This document shows, in pieces, positions 29,437-44,600 of a stretch of DNA of 64,000 bases. Positions within the stretch are counted from its first letter, which is position 1. Each line of letters opens with the position of its first letter. Made by a program: the position numbers and the translations under genes. Source of the DNA: the human T2T-CHM13v2.0 reference genome, Homo sapiens; NCBI RefSeq assembly GCF_009914755.1, contig NC_060939.1. One strand, given 5' to 3'. The notes under the pieces are model-generated. The model searched no databases and was not told the origin of the DNA. It saw only the letters and a list, made by a program, of their open reading frames with translations.

Positions 29437-30822
29437 TGTATCTGCAATTGGTGGGTTATTGGTCTCACTGACTTCAAGAACGAAGCTGTGGACCCTCGCG
29501 CTGAGTGTTACAGCTCTTAAAGGTGGCGTGTCTGGAGTCTGTTCGTTCTGATGTGTTTGGAGTTTTTTCTGGTGGGTTTGTGGTCTCGCTGGCCTAGGAG
29601 TGAAACCACAGACCTCCGCGGTGAGTGTTACAGCTCTTAAGGCGGCGTGTCTGAAGTTGCTCATTCCTCCCGATAGGTTCGTGGTCTCGCTGGCTCCAGG
29701 AGTGAAGCTGCAGACCTTCACGGTGTTACAGCTCATAAAGGCAAGGTGGACCGAGAGAGTGAGCAGCAGCAAGATTTATTGCAAACAGCATAACAACAAA
29801 GCTTCCACAACATAGAAAAGGACAGGGCCGGGTTGCTACTGCTAGCTTGGGCAGCCTGCTTTTATTCTTATCTGGCCCCACCCACATCCTGCTGATTGGT
29901 CCATTTTACAGAGAGCCGATTGGTCCATTTTACAGAGAGCTGATTGGTCCGTTTTGACAGGGTGCTGATTGGTGCGTTTATAATTCCTGAGCTAGACACA
30001 AAAGTTCTCCATGTCACAACTAGATTAGCTAGATACAGTGTCCACACAAAGGCTCTCCAAGTCCCCACCAGAGTAGCTAGATACAGTGTCGATTGGTGCA
30101 TTCACAAACCCTGAGTTAGACACAGGGTGCTGATTGGTGTGTTTACAAACCTTGAGCTAGACACAGAGTGCCGACTGGTGTATTTATAATCCCTTAGCTA
30201 GACATAAAGGTTCTCCAAGTCCCCACCAGACTCAGGAGCCCAGCTGGCTTCACCCGGTGGATCCCGCAGGTGGAGCTGCCTGCCAGTACCGCGCTGTGCG
30301 CCTGCACTCCTCAGCCCTTGGGTGGTGTATGGGATTGGGTGCCATGGAGCAGGAGGTGGCGCTCGCCCGGGAGGCTCGGGCCGCACAGGAGCCCACGGAG
30401 ACGGGGGAGGCTCAGGCATGGTAGGCTGCAGGTCCTGAGCCTTGCCCAGAGGGAAGGCAGCTAAGGCCCGGTGAGAAATTGAGCACAGCAGCTGCTGGCC
30501 CAGGTGCTAAGCCCCTCACTGCTCCAGCAGGCAGGGCCAGCTGGCCACTCCCAGTGCAGGGCCGCGGAGCCCACGCCCACTTGGAACTCCTGCTGGCCTG
30601 CAAGTACCACGCGCAGCCCCGGTTCCCGCCCACGCGTCTCCCTCCACACCTCCCTGCAAGGTGAGGGAACCGACTCTGGCCTTGGCAAACCCAGAAAGGG
30701 GCTCCCACAGTGCAGCGTGGGCTGAAGGGCTCCTCAAGTGCCGCCAAAGTGGGAGCCCAGGCAGAGGAGGCACCGAGAGCCAGGGAAGGCTGCGAGGACT
30801 GCCAGCACGCTGTCACCTCTCA
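29437..30822 (-). mobile_element. Solo LTR12 (LTR12C-like, ERV9), 1386 bp
   Basis: TG...CA termini and 4-bp TSD GTAG (29433-36 and 30823-26). Minus strand starts tgagaggtgacagcgtgctggcag. Contains tandem CCAAT (gattgg) repeats and the AATAAAAG box. Confidence 0.96.
29835..30200 (-). promoter_or_regulatory. Putative LTR12 U3 promoter/enhancer: CCAAT (NF-Y) array, GC box, GATA site, AATAAAA TATA-like box
   Basis: Minus strand reads accaatcagcaggatgtgggtggggccagataagaataaaagcaggctg. This is the established ERV9 promoter layout; activity here is unproven. Confidence 0.6.
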
Positions 30823-30984
30823 GTAGCTCACACCTGTAATCTCAGCACTTTTGGAGGCTAAGGTCAGATCATCTGAGGTCAGGAGTTTGAAACCAGCCTG
30901 GCCAACATGATGAAACCCTGCCTCTACTAAAAATACAAAAATTAGCCAGGCGTGGTGGCAGGCACCTGTAATCCCAGCTACTCA

Positions 30985-31116
<132 letters not shown>

Positions 31117-31476
31117 TCAGGACGTTGATACCTTTGCTTGCTGGACAAAATGAGGACAAACTATCTTACATTTATTTCTGCTAGTTCATTCAGTAGTTTT
31201 TTTCCTATGTCTTCTCTCTTTGAATAGGAGAGAGGTCTCATGGGAACCTATTATCAGTCAAGATATAATGATAGAAGGTATGATGATAAGGAGAGTTCCA
31301 CAGCATAAAACACAAGCGGAAGAAATATCCAGCAATAGCTGTATATGTGGTAATAATTATAAGGGATGGGTGTTGGGCTTTATCTGAATTATTATCTTAA
31401 ATGCCCACACCATTTATTCTTTGTTGCCTTGTGATGGTAGACATTGGTCATGGACCTGACGTTCCGTGCAGATCTA

Positions 31477-31943
31477 TGTTGGGAGAGGCAGTCTGCCATG
31501 GGCCCTGAGCATGCCCTGAAGTTCCTGCTGGGTATGCCAAGAATGTAAGGCCTTGACTGCTCTTTACCTGACCCATTTCCCAGGGCTGTGTTTGCACCAA
31601 GAAACCTTGAGGAAGGAGGTAACGTCTCCCCTAGACAAAGTGTAGGTTCTCTACAAAGACAGGGATTCCCCAAGCTCAGTGTTCCTGCCCCATAACGCAG
31701 CTCACCACACATGTGCAGGCATCCGTGGTGGGCCCTTAGCATCACCCTGAGACCCCAGGGCATGGGGAACTGACACACACTAGCCTAGAGCTCTGGCTAC
31801 TGCTTTTGCCATGAATAATAAAGTCCCTTGTCTCTGAACCAGGAATCTCATGTCTTTTTGCCAGGAAAGTAACAGTAAACAGTAACAGACTAGTTTGTTA
31901 GCTTGAAAGTAGGTTAAAAGCTCAGACCCTGCAGTTCCTGGCA
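31477..31943 (+). mobile_element. ERVL solo LTR (LTR40-like)
   Basis: tgttgggaga ... ctctggctactgct ... aataaagtcccttgtctctga ... gttagcttg..agtagg ... ctcagaccct ... ca. Confidence 0.75.
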
Positions 31944-32182
31944 GTTTATTTCCATCTCCATCTTGTAAGAACATCAAGAGCAGAGACCAAGTCTTTTGCT
32001 ACTCTGTATGGTAGAATATCTTATTCAAAATAGGTGGTTGCTAAATATTTGAAATTTTACAGGCTCATTGTTCTCTTCTGAATTGTAAGTTCAGACTAGA
32101 AGGAAATGCATAATTTCCAAGCTTCTAACCACACACAGAAAATTCACCTTCACCTTTAAGTAAAGTAATGCAGCACACATAG

Positions 32183-35100
32183 GATCATGGTGGACGGGAG
32201 GCAGGACTAGATTGCAGCTCTGAACAGAGCAATGTGCAGAGGCTTGCATTGTGAATTTTAGCTCCAGATCGACTGCAAGAACAAACCAGCAACCCCGAGA
32301 GGACCGACAGACCTCTGAAGGAAGCAGACTGCTCTTGCAGGACCTGGAAGACACCCCAAATACTGTGAGTGCCCAAACTGCGGAAGTGGGAAAGGGAGAG
32401 CATCCTCTCCCAAACACACACGCCCACTGGAGAAAAGGAAGGTCTGTTTGCAGGAGAAGTTTCCGACCTTACCTGGAGCTGAGTCAATTTAGAGAGTCGA
32501 GCGAAATACAGAAGTAGAGGAAGCAGCGGGAAAGGCCCTGGGAGCTCCCTGGGTCCCCAAGCAGGTCATTCCTGCCTGGCACCACAGGGATCCACCAGGA
32601 GGGCAGCCAGAGGAGCGAGGGTAAAACTCAACAGGGAGAAGGAAATCTCTAGCTGAAATTTGTAACAATTTGAACAGGGTTAGAAGCCTCCTGGCCAGAA
32701 CTCGGGGGAGGGCGCAAATCTGGTGTGCAGATTCTCCACAGGTGGGAAGAACAAGCCCTTTCTTTTGCAGCTGGGAGGTGGGTAGCCTGAGGCAAGTTCT
32801 CAAGCCTGTCTCGCCCACTGCCCGAAAACAGACTTGGGGCGGTTGGAAGGGGGCATGGTGGGAGTGAGACTGGACTTTCAGTTTGCATGGGAGCTGGGTG
32901 AGGCCTGTGACTGCCAGCTTTCCACCACTTCTCTGAAAACCTGCATGACTCAGCAGAGGCAGCCATAATCCTCCTAGGTACATAACTCCAGTGACCTGGG
33001 AATCTCACACCCATCCCCCACAGGAGCTGCAGCAAGACCGGTCCAAAGAGAGTCTGAGCTCAGATACGCCTGGCCCCACCCCCACCTGATCGTCCTTCCC
33101 TACCCACTCTGGTAGCAGAAAACAAAGGACATATAATCTTGGGAGTTCTACAGCCCAGCCCACAGCCAGTCCCTCTCAAACTACTACAGCTGATGCTTTC
33201 TGGAAAGCGCCACCTCACAGCAGGAGGCCAACCCGCACAAAAATAGAGCATTAAACCACCAAAGCTAAGAGCCCTCACGAAGTCCACTGCACACCCCCCA
33301 CCACCTCCACTGGAACAGGTGCTGGTATCCATGGCTGAGAGACCCATAGACGGTTCACATCACAGGACTCTGTGCAGACAACCCTCAGAACCAGCCCGGA
33401 GCTGGGCAGACTTACTGCGTGGCCAGACCCAGAAGAGAGACAACAATCACTGCAGTTGGGCTCACAGGAAGCCACCTCCATAGGAAAAGGGGGAGATTAC
33501 TCCATGAAGGGAGCACTCCATGGGACAAAAGAATCTGAACAACAGCCTTCAGCCCTAGACCTTCCCTCTGACAGAGCTTACCCTAATGAGAAGGAACCAC
33601 AAAACCAATGCTGGTAATATGACAAAATAAGGCTCTTGAACAGCACCCCCCAAAATCACACTAGTTTACCAGCAATGGATCCAACCCAAGAAGAAATCCC
33701 TGATTTACCTGAAAAAGAATTCAGGAGGTTAGTTATTAAGCTAATCAGGGAGGCACCAGAGAAAGGTGAAGCTCAATGCAAGGAAATCCAAAAAACGATA
33801 CAAGAAGTGACGGGAGAAATAGCCAAGAAAATAGATAGCTTAAAGAAAAAAAAATAAATAAAAAATCCCAGAAAAATTGGACACACTTATAGTAATGCAA
33901 AATGCTCTGGAAAGTCTCAGGAATAGAATTGAAAAAGTAGAAGAAATTCAGAGCTCAAAGACAAGGTCTTTGAATTAACCCAATCCCACAAAGACAAAGA
34001 AAAAAGAATAAGAAAATATGAACAAAGCCTCCAAGAAGTCTGGGATTATGTTAAATGACCAAACCTAAGAATAACCAGTTTTCCCGAGGAAGAAGAGAAT
34101 TATAAAAGCTTGGAAAACATATCTTTAGGAATAATAGAGGAAAACTTCCCTGGCCTTGCTAGAGACCTAGCTATCCAAGTGCAAGAAGAACAAAGAACAC
34201 CTGGGAAATTCATTGCAAAAAGATCATTGCCTAGGCATATTGTCATCAGGTTATCCAAAGTTAAGACAAAGTAAAGAATTTTAAGAGCTGTGAGACAGAA
34301 GCACCAGGTAACCTATAAAAGAAAACCTATCAGATTAACAGCAGATTTCTCAGCAGAAACCCTACAAGCTAGAAGGGATTGGGGCTCTATCTTCAGCCTC
34401 CTCAAACAAAACGATTATCAGCTAAGAATTTTGTATTCAGCAAAACTAAGCATCATATATGAAAGAAGATACAGTCTTTTTCAGACAAACAAATGCTGAG
34501 AGAATTCGTCACTAACAAGCCACCATTAAAAGAACTGCTAAAAGGAGCTCTAAATCTTGAAACAAATCCTGGAAACACATCAAAACAGAACCTCTTTAAA
34601 GCATAAATCACACAGGACCTATAAAACAAAAATACAAGTTAAAAGGCAAAAACAAAAAACAAAAAACCAAAGTCCACAGGCAACAAATAGCACAATGAAT
34701 GCAATGGTACCTCACATCTCAATTCCAACATTGAATGTAAATGGCCTAAATGCTCTACTTTAAGGATACAGAACTGCAGAATGGATAAGAACTCGCCAAC
34801 CAACTATCTGCTGCCTTCAGGAGACTCACCTAACACATAAGGACTCACATAAAGTAAAGAGGTGGAAAAAGGCATTTCACACAAATGGACAAGAGAGTAG
34901 GGGTAGCTATTCTTATATCAGACAAAACAAACTTTAAAGCAATATCAGTTAAAAGAGACAAAGTGGGACATTATATAATAGTAAAAGGCCTTGTCCAACA
35001 GGAAAATATCATAATCCTAAAAATATATGCACCTAACACTGGAGCGCCAAAATTTATACAACAATTACTAATAGACCTAAGAAATGAGATAGACAGCAAC

Positions 35101-38100
35101 ACAATAATAGTGGGGGACTTCAATACTCCACTGACAGCACTAGGCAAGTCATCAAGACAGAAAGTCAACAAAGAAACAATGGATTTAAACTATACCTTGG
35201 AACAAATGGACTTAAAAGATATATACAGAACATTTCATCCAACAACCTCAGAATACACATTCTATTCAACAGCACGTGGAAATTTCTCCAAGATAGACTA
35301 TATGATAGGCCATAAAACAAGACTCAATAAATTTAAGAAAATTGAAATTATATCAAGCACTCTCTCAGTGGAATCAAACTGGAAATCAACTCCAAAAGGA
35401 ACCTTCAAAACCATGCTGATACATGGAAATTAAATAACCTACTCCTGAATGAGCATTGGGTCAAAAACGAAATCAAGGTGGAAATTAAAAAATTCTTCGA
35501 ACTGAACGACAATAATGACACAACCTACCAAAACCTCTGGGATATAAGCAGAGGTGGTGCCAAGAGGAAAGTTCATAGCCCTAAACGCCTACATCAAAAA
35601 GACTGAAAGGGCACACACTGACATTCTAAGGTCACACCTCAAGGAACTAGAGAAACAAGAAAAACCAAACCCAAACCCAGCAGAAGAAAGGAAATAACCA
35701 AGATCAGAGCAGAACTAAATGAAATTGAAACAAACAAACAAACAAAAATACAAAAGATAAATGAAACAAAAAGATGGTTCTTTGAAAAGGTAAGTAAAAC
35801 TGATAGACCATTAGTAAGATTAACCAAGAAAAGAAGAGAGAAAATCCAAATAACCTCATTAAGAAATGAAACAGGAGATATTACAGTTGACACCACTGAA
35901 ATACAAAAGATCATTCAAGGCTACTATGAACACCTTTACACACATCAACTAGAAAACCTAGAAGAGTTGGATAAATTCTGGAAAGATATAACCCTCCTAG
36001 CTTAAATCAGGAAGAATTAGATACCTTGAACAGACCAGTAACAAGCTGCAAGACTGAAATGGTAATTACAAAATTACCAACAACAAAAAATGTCCACGAC
36101 CAGACAGATTCTAAGAAGACTTTCTAAGAAGAATTGGTACCAATCCTTTTGACACTATTCCACAAGATAAGAGAAAGAAGGAACTCTCTCTAATTCATTC
36201 TATGAAGCCAGCATCACCCTAATACCAAAACCAGGAAAGGACCTAACCAAAAAAGAAAACTACAGACCGATATCCTTGATGAACATAGATGCCAAAATCC
36301 TTAACAAAATATTAGCTAACTGAATCCAACAACATATCAAAAAGACAATACATCATGATCAAGTGAGTTTCATACCAGGGATGCAGGGATGGTTTAACAT
36401 ATGCAAGTCAATAAATGTGACACATCACATAAACAGAATTAAAAACAAAAATCACATGATCATCTCAACAGATGCAGAAAAAGCATTTGATAAAATCCAG
36501 CATTGCTTTATGGTTACAATTCTCAGCAAAATTAGCATACAAGGGACATACCTCAATGTAATAAAAGCCATCTATGACAAAACCACAGGCAACATAATAC
36601 TGAATGGGGAAAAACTGAAAGCGTTCCCTCTGAGAACTGAAACAAGACAAGGATGCCCACTCTGACCACTCCTCTTCAACATACTACTGAAGTCCTAGCC
36701 AGAGTAATCAGACAAGAGAAAGAAATACAGGGCATCCAAGTTGGTAAAAAGGAAGTCAAACTGTCACTGTTTGCTGACGATATGATCATTTACCTTGAAA
36801 ACCCTGAAGACTCCTCCAGAAAGCTTCTATAACTGATAAAAGAATTCAGCAAAATTTCCAGATACAAGATGAATGTACAGAAGTCAGTAGCTCTTCTATA
36901 CACCAACAGTGACCAAGCCAAGAATCAAATCAAGAACTCAACCCCTTTTACAATAGCTGCAAAAAAATAAAATACTTAGAAATATACCTAACCAAGGAGT
37001 CAAAAGACATCTACAAGAAAAACTACAAAACACTGCTGAAAGTAATCATAAACAACACAAATAAATTGAAACACATCCCAGGCTCGTGAATGGGTAGAAT
37101 CAATACTGTGAAAATGACCATACCAGCAAAAGCAATCTACAAATTCATTGCAATCCCCATCAAAATACCACCATCATTCTTCACAGAATTAGAAAAAACA
37201 ATTCTAAAATTCATATGGAACCAAAAAAGAGCCCACATAGCCAAAGCAAGACGAAGCAAAAAGAAAAAATCTGGAGGCATCGCACTACCTGATTTCAAAC
37301 TATACTATAAGGCCAAAGTTGCAAAACAGCATGGTACTAGTATAAAAATAAGCACATGGACCAATGGAACAGAATACAGAACCCAGAAATAAACCAAGTA
37401 CTTAAAGCCAACCGATCTTTGACAAAGCAAACATTAACATAAAGTGGGGAAAGGACACTCTTTTCAACAAATGGTGTTGGGATAATCGGCTAGCCACATG
37501 TAGGAGAATGAAACTGGATCCTCATCTGTCACCTTATACAAAAATCAACTCAAGATGGATTAAAGACTTAAATCAAAGACCTGAAACTATAAAAATTCTA
37601 GAAGATAACATCGGAAAAACCCTTCTAGGCATTGGCTTAGGCAAGGATTTCATGACCGAGAACCCAAAAGCAAATACAATAAAAACAAAGATCAATAGCT
37701 GGGATCAAATTAAACTAAAGAGGTTTTGCATGGCAAAAGAAACAGTCAGTAGAGTAAACAGACAATCCACAGAGTGGGAGAAAATCTTCACAATCTATAC
37801 ATCTGACAAAGGACTAATATCCAGAATCTACAACAAACTGAAACAAATCAATAAGAAAAAAACAAAGAATCCCATCAAAGAGTGGGCTGACATGAACAGA
37901 CAATTCTCAAAAGAAGATATACAAATGGCCAACAAACATATGAAAAAATGCTCAACATCACTAATGATCAGGGAAATGCAAATCAAAACCACAGTGTGAT
38001 ACCACGTTACTCCTGCAAGAATGGCCATAATCAAAAAATCAACAAACAGTAGATGTTGACATGGATGTGGTGAACAGGGAGCACTTCTACACTGCTGGTG

Positions 38101-38726
38101 GGAATGTAAACTCGTGCAGCCACTATGGAAAACAGTGTGGAGACTCCTTAAAGAACTAAAAGTAGAGCTACCATTTGATCCAGTAATCCCACTACTGGGT
38201 ATCTACCCAGAGGAAAAGAATTCATTATATGAGGAAGATACTTGCACACGCATGTTTATAGCAACACAATTCAATTCACACTTGCAAAATTGTGGAACCA
38301 ACCCAAATGCCCATCAATCAATGAGTGGATAAAGGAACTGTGGTATATATATATGATGGAATACTACTTAGCCATAAAAAGGAATGAAGTAACAGCATTT
38401 GCAGTGACCTGGATAAGATTGGAGACTCTTATTCTAAGTGAAGTAACTCAGGAATGGAAAACCAAACATCGTACGTTCTCATTGATATGTGGGAGCTAAG
38501 CTATGAGGATGCAAGGGCATAAGAATGATACAAAGGCATAAGAATGATACAATGGGGAGAATAGTGGGAGGTGGGAAAGGGATAAAAGACTACAAATAGG
38601 GTGCAGTGTATACTGCTCGGGTGTTGAGTGCACCAAAATCTCACAAATCACCACTAAAGAACTTACTCATGTAACCAAATACCACCTGTACCCCAATAAC
38701 TTATGGAAAAAAAGAATTTAAAAAAA
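32183..38726 (+). mobile_element. Full-length (~6.5 kb) inactive L1PB-type LINE-1, antisense to the host gene. ORF1 ~33620-34570 and ORF2 ~34700-38500 are disrupted
   Basis: L1PB 5'UTR (gatcatgg..gacgggaggcaggactagattgcagctc). EN fragment (ORF 34885..35433), RT fragments (36363.., 37090.., 37508..), PB-type 3' end and A-rich tail. Outer TSD AAAGTAATGCAG (32162-73 and 38762-73). Confidence 0.95.
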
Positions 38727-39599
38727 CCTACTACACATAGTTACAAACCCAATAAAGAAAGAAAGTAATGCAGAGCAAGACTCTGTACAAAGACTCTTGT
38801 TGGTAGCACAATCAGCGTGTGTGTGTAAAATCTGTAATTTAAATTTTCCACGAAATTTCTAGAGTGATGAGACACATCCTGGGGCAGATCTAGGACTGTT
38901 TAATTTGTCTCTGTAGAAAGCAGTTATAGTCTACAGAGGTCTTTGTGGCGGGCTTAAATACTGATCCTACAAAAGGAGCTAAAATTAGGCTGTCATATGG
39001 AGAAGGTAAGTGATTCATAGAGAAATCTGTGAAGCTATAATTTCAAGAGGCAAACATCCATTTACAATCCCTAAAAATGTCGATGGATTTTGGCCTTGCT
39101 TTGGCCACTCAGGCACCACCAGTAACACATGTGCTGCTCTAAGAAGGCAGGATTGCTCCCCACATGGTGCCTGCTGTTTGCTCAATGGCACTTTTAACTC
39201 TGGGCAAGGACCCAGGAGGGAGTTCACACACTCTCCGCAAGGGTTCAGAACTGCACCCTATTTGATAATTGAAAACCTGGCTTTTGTCATCTGAAACAAT
39301 AGCTTTTACTCTTTAGTGGATGGCTGTAAATTGCCTACATGATCATCTGTGTAAATAATCGTAGACTAATTATTTTCTTACAGTTCTACGAAGTTTTAAG
39401 AAGAAAACTATTTGCCATTTTTCTGATATTCAAGGCAAAGTAATGAGGCAAAAAAAGTTTCTGTGTGTATACACACTTTTGTATCTTTGTGTGTGTATAT
39501 ATGAGATAGATTATACACATACATGCATATATACATACAGAAATCTTTCCTATAAATTCTGGATTTCTGAAGACTCACTGTGATCCTAATGAGCCTCTA

Positions 39600-40950
<1,351 letters not shown>

Positions 40951-40960
40951 ACAACAAGAC

Positions 40961-40992
40961 TGTGTGTGTGTGTGTGTGAGTGTGTGTGTGTG
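40961..40992. repeat. (TG)n microsatellite
   Basis: Directly visible. Confidence 0.95.
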
Positions 40993-41049
40993 CATAGTCT
41001 GTGACAGGATAATTTTAAATTCCTCATCTCCCTTCTCTCTCCCACCCCT

Positions 41050-41632
41050 GCTGCCCCACACCATGTGAGGACACAGTGACAAGGCTTGCCTTTGTAAAAC
41101 AGGAAGAGGGCGCTTGCCAGAACTCGACCATGCTGGCACTTTGATCTCAGACTTCTAGCCTCCTGACTGTGAGAAATAAATGTCTGCTGTTTATACCACC
41201 CCATCTAAAGCATTCTGTTACAGCAACCTGTCTTAGTCTATTTTCTGCTGCTGTAACGGAATAACAGACTGGGTAATTTACAAAGAATGTAAGTCTATTT
41301 GGCCCACAGTTCTGGAGGCTGGGAAGTCCTAGAGCATGGGGCCAGCATCTGGTGGGGGTCCTCCTGTGGTGGAAGGTGAAAGGCAGAAAGCTGAAGTGAG
41401 TGTGTGAGACAGAGAGAGAAGCCAGATTTCCTTTATAACAACCCACTCTCACCATAACTAACCTCTCCCATGCTAATGACAATCCATACATGAGTGCTCC
41501 ACTCTCACGACCCAATCACCTATTATTAAATTCGACCTCCAACACTGACTGTGGCATTGAGGATTATGTTTCCAACATATGAACTTTTGGGGGACTATTC
41601 AAACCACAGCACAGCCTGAACTGATTAAGACA
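41050..41632 (+). mobile_element. MLT1A-like MaLR LTR 3' part, split by an MST LTR
   Basis: ccatgtgaggacacagtg ... ctgtgagaaataaatgtctg ... ttctgttacagca|...|gcctgaactgattaagaca. Confidence 0.75.
41229..41611 (-). mobile_element. MST-type MaLR solo LTR
   Basis: tgtcttagtct...caaaccacagca. Flanked by ca(a/g)cc 5-bp TSD-like repeats. Confidence 0.8.
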
Positions 41633-44600
41633 GTGGGCTTTTCTATCTTCTATCATTAAACCATCCGAAACACCATTAGTCCTCTGACTGCAGGTCCAGC
41701 TGTCCTGAGCAGTTCAACATTTCATATTTCGAGGAATGCAGGTTCACTCATAAACAACACCTGTGACAGAGCCACCCTCACTCACATCCTGGACACTCTA
41801 CTGTCTGTTCACCCCTGTGCATTCCAGGATGTAACAGGCAAGATGATCCCAACTCAGGCACAGCTGCAGTGTCTACAGCTGCAGGAGGTCCTGTCTCCCT
41901 CCTGCCCCCAGCAAGAAAACCCAAGTAAGGTATTTTTTTTTAAGGTATAGTTTTTTTCCTTCAAGTTTCTAATTTTGACACAATGAAAATATTGTATTTA
42001 TATTAGCAATACCCGATTAGCAATTTCATGTAAAGGCGATTAGGTACTCATAAAAGGTCTCAAGTACTCCAACTAAATCAGTCACTGGTTAATAACAATG
42101 ATCCACGAGCTGTTTTCCTGGTTTTCATGTGGAATAATTGGCAAGGAAAACCATACATGAAAAAAGAAAAAAGAAAAAGATCAGCAACTTTGCAGCTTTA
42201 GCCACTATGTGATGTGCTATCAAAAAGCCACCTAGAATCTTTTTTCATGAGTTAAAACACTACTGTCATCTATAATCCTGAACGGTAAGGTCTAGAAACC
42301 AATACTGACAGAGGTGTCCAAACAGCTCCTCTTGCAGTGCTGTGGGGCACATTTCTTTTAACCTTAATTGACTTCAATTACTGTGCTTCATCTCCCATGG
42401 CAAAATAATTCCCCAAAGAAACAAAGAGTATTAGAGTGTTTTCACTCATGAAACAGCCCGTAATGCACCTCTTTTGCTTAGGAATTGGAAGCCAACTAGA
42501 TTTGAGCCTGCTTGAAAGAAAATCTCATCACTGAAGAATCCATTAGTGGGCCCTCCAAAATCCACACAGTCTTAAGGCCAGGGACCAACTGGACTTCAGG
42601 AATAGGATCAAAAAAGCCAATTCCAGTTCCATCGTGATGTACTGATTTAACTTTGATTGTGAAGGACAGTAATTTATTGAGTAATTTATCTTGCTAACCA
42701 CCATATTAATCCAGTATCCAATCAGCACTTCTCTCATTCAATTCCAAGGAGCAGGAGTCCTAGATGGTTGGAAGTGTCAGACAGGAAGGGAAGAGTGTCT
42801 TCTAGTGTCTTGCCCAGTAATTGTACGGGGCTCCAAACTCCTGGGGAGGGGGAATGATGTCTGACTTGGAGCAGGCCAGTGGGGATGGACAGAGAAAAAT
42901 TTCAGCAGGTGCCCATTGCTGGAGTGCAATAAGTAGAGCCCGGGGTGATGAGAGGCCTGGGGGAGAAGGGAGAGGGAGGGATGACAGAGAGGACAATAGG
43001 AACACAGGGTCCCTTGCCCTTCATAATGCCCTTGATTCTTGTTAAAGGGAAATGCCACGGATGTGGTTGGTGGAGCCAACATCTCTGCCTCATCCTTGAT
43101 CATCCCACACACCCCACATCCAAATTCTCCCTGGCGTGTTGACCCGGCTACCAACCTCACCTGCAATCCTCCCTGGGCTCCAGCTCCACCTGCCCTGGCT
43201 GAACCTCCCCCTCTCACCTGGACTCTGAGGTGGCCTCCCAGTACCTCAGGTCTACTCTTCCCTGTCAGGACACCTGTTTTAGCCTAAGTCGGCTCCTGTC
43301 CCTCCCAGGTTACAGTCTGTGGCGGGAGGCCCACCAGTGATAAAATCTCCGCGCCTTCCCCCGTCCCTGGCTGGCACCCTCTGCAGCCTATTTCTGCCTC
43401 ATTTCCACGGAGGCTGTCTCCCATTTTCTCTGCAGACCAGCCCCCAAGTACACATCGTGCTACCATAGTTCCACACTGGTCTAGCTCTCTCCGCTTCCCA
43501 GTCCCCCGCCCAGGGAAGGGGCTCACTGAACCAGCCTGGGCACGTGTCCACTCCCAGGACAGTCCACTGCAGGAATGGGCGGGGCAGGGTGCACAGGAGG
43601 GTGCTGTAAGCTGGGCCTGCTTTCTAAGCCAACCTGGGTGATTGGGGAGCCAACTCACCATGGGGCCGCTGCCTAGCCCCTCTGCTTCTACGTGACTATG
43701 ATAGAAGACGGCACTGAAGCCTTCCCTCTGAGAAAGTTCTCAGATCTTCTTTTGGTCACTTCTGGCTCACACCCCACAAAAGATCCCCTGGACGGAAGCC
43801 TCAGCTCTCTTATTTCTGGGGATGTGGCTTTGAGGGTTTCCTCATCGCTCTGAGCCTTGATCTCATCTGTGAGGGGATGACTGGCTTAGACTTTAAACTC
43901 AAGTAGGTGAACCCCGGGGCACTTGGTAAAGGGAAGCCCTCCTGGGAGGATTCCGCCAGGGTGTGCAGAGCCACCCGTGATAGCAAGTGATCTCATTACT
44001 GGAAGGTTCTGAATCGGGGGGAGATGGTCACCAGCACCTCGGAGGGTTGGGGCACCATTCATCTTCTGATTGGTTATCATATTTGGTTTGATTTCAGTCA
44101 CCCCAGAGGACCAAAATGACTAAAATAAGTAAGTTATTCATCTATAAACATTATGAAGCATTTTCAGGCATTTAACAGATGTAATAATTACCTATATCTA
44201 AGTCATATTTGAAGGGTAACTAAATTTTAATTGCTTTATAATATGTCTTATAATCTTTTTATTAGCAATTATATAAGCAATTGATTGTAACTATCTGTAA
44301 GTGAAAACTAATATCTGGATAGCCAAAAAAAAAAAAAAAGCCAAAAAATCCCACTCTTTCATTTAGATGACTGGGGAATATTGAAGAGTCGGGGAAATAG
44401 CAGGCTCTATTTTAAGCATCATTTTAAAGGAAATATAACACAATCTTAATCGTAGGTGGAAAAAACTCCAAAGAGTACTTGTTATGATTGCAAATTCCTA
44501 AGTAAAAGCCATCTACAGATGTGACTTGTTTCCAGGTATTACTCTTGATTTTGGGGACATGTCTCTTCCCTTGATGGGAGACCCCCTGGGTCACTGCATC

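Noticed and set aside
34885-38499. L1 endonuclease/RT ORF fragments as functional genes
   Set aside because: Multiple stops, frameshifts and a deletion near 36110 make this a dead L1PB.
38995-39015. Strong plus-strand donor AAG|GTAAGT suggesting an antisense exon
   Set aside because: No convincing acceptor or frame, and isolated donors are common by chance.
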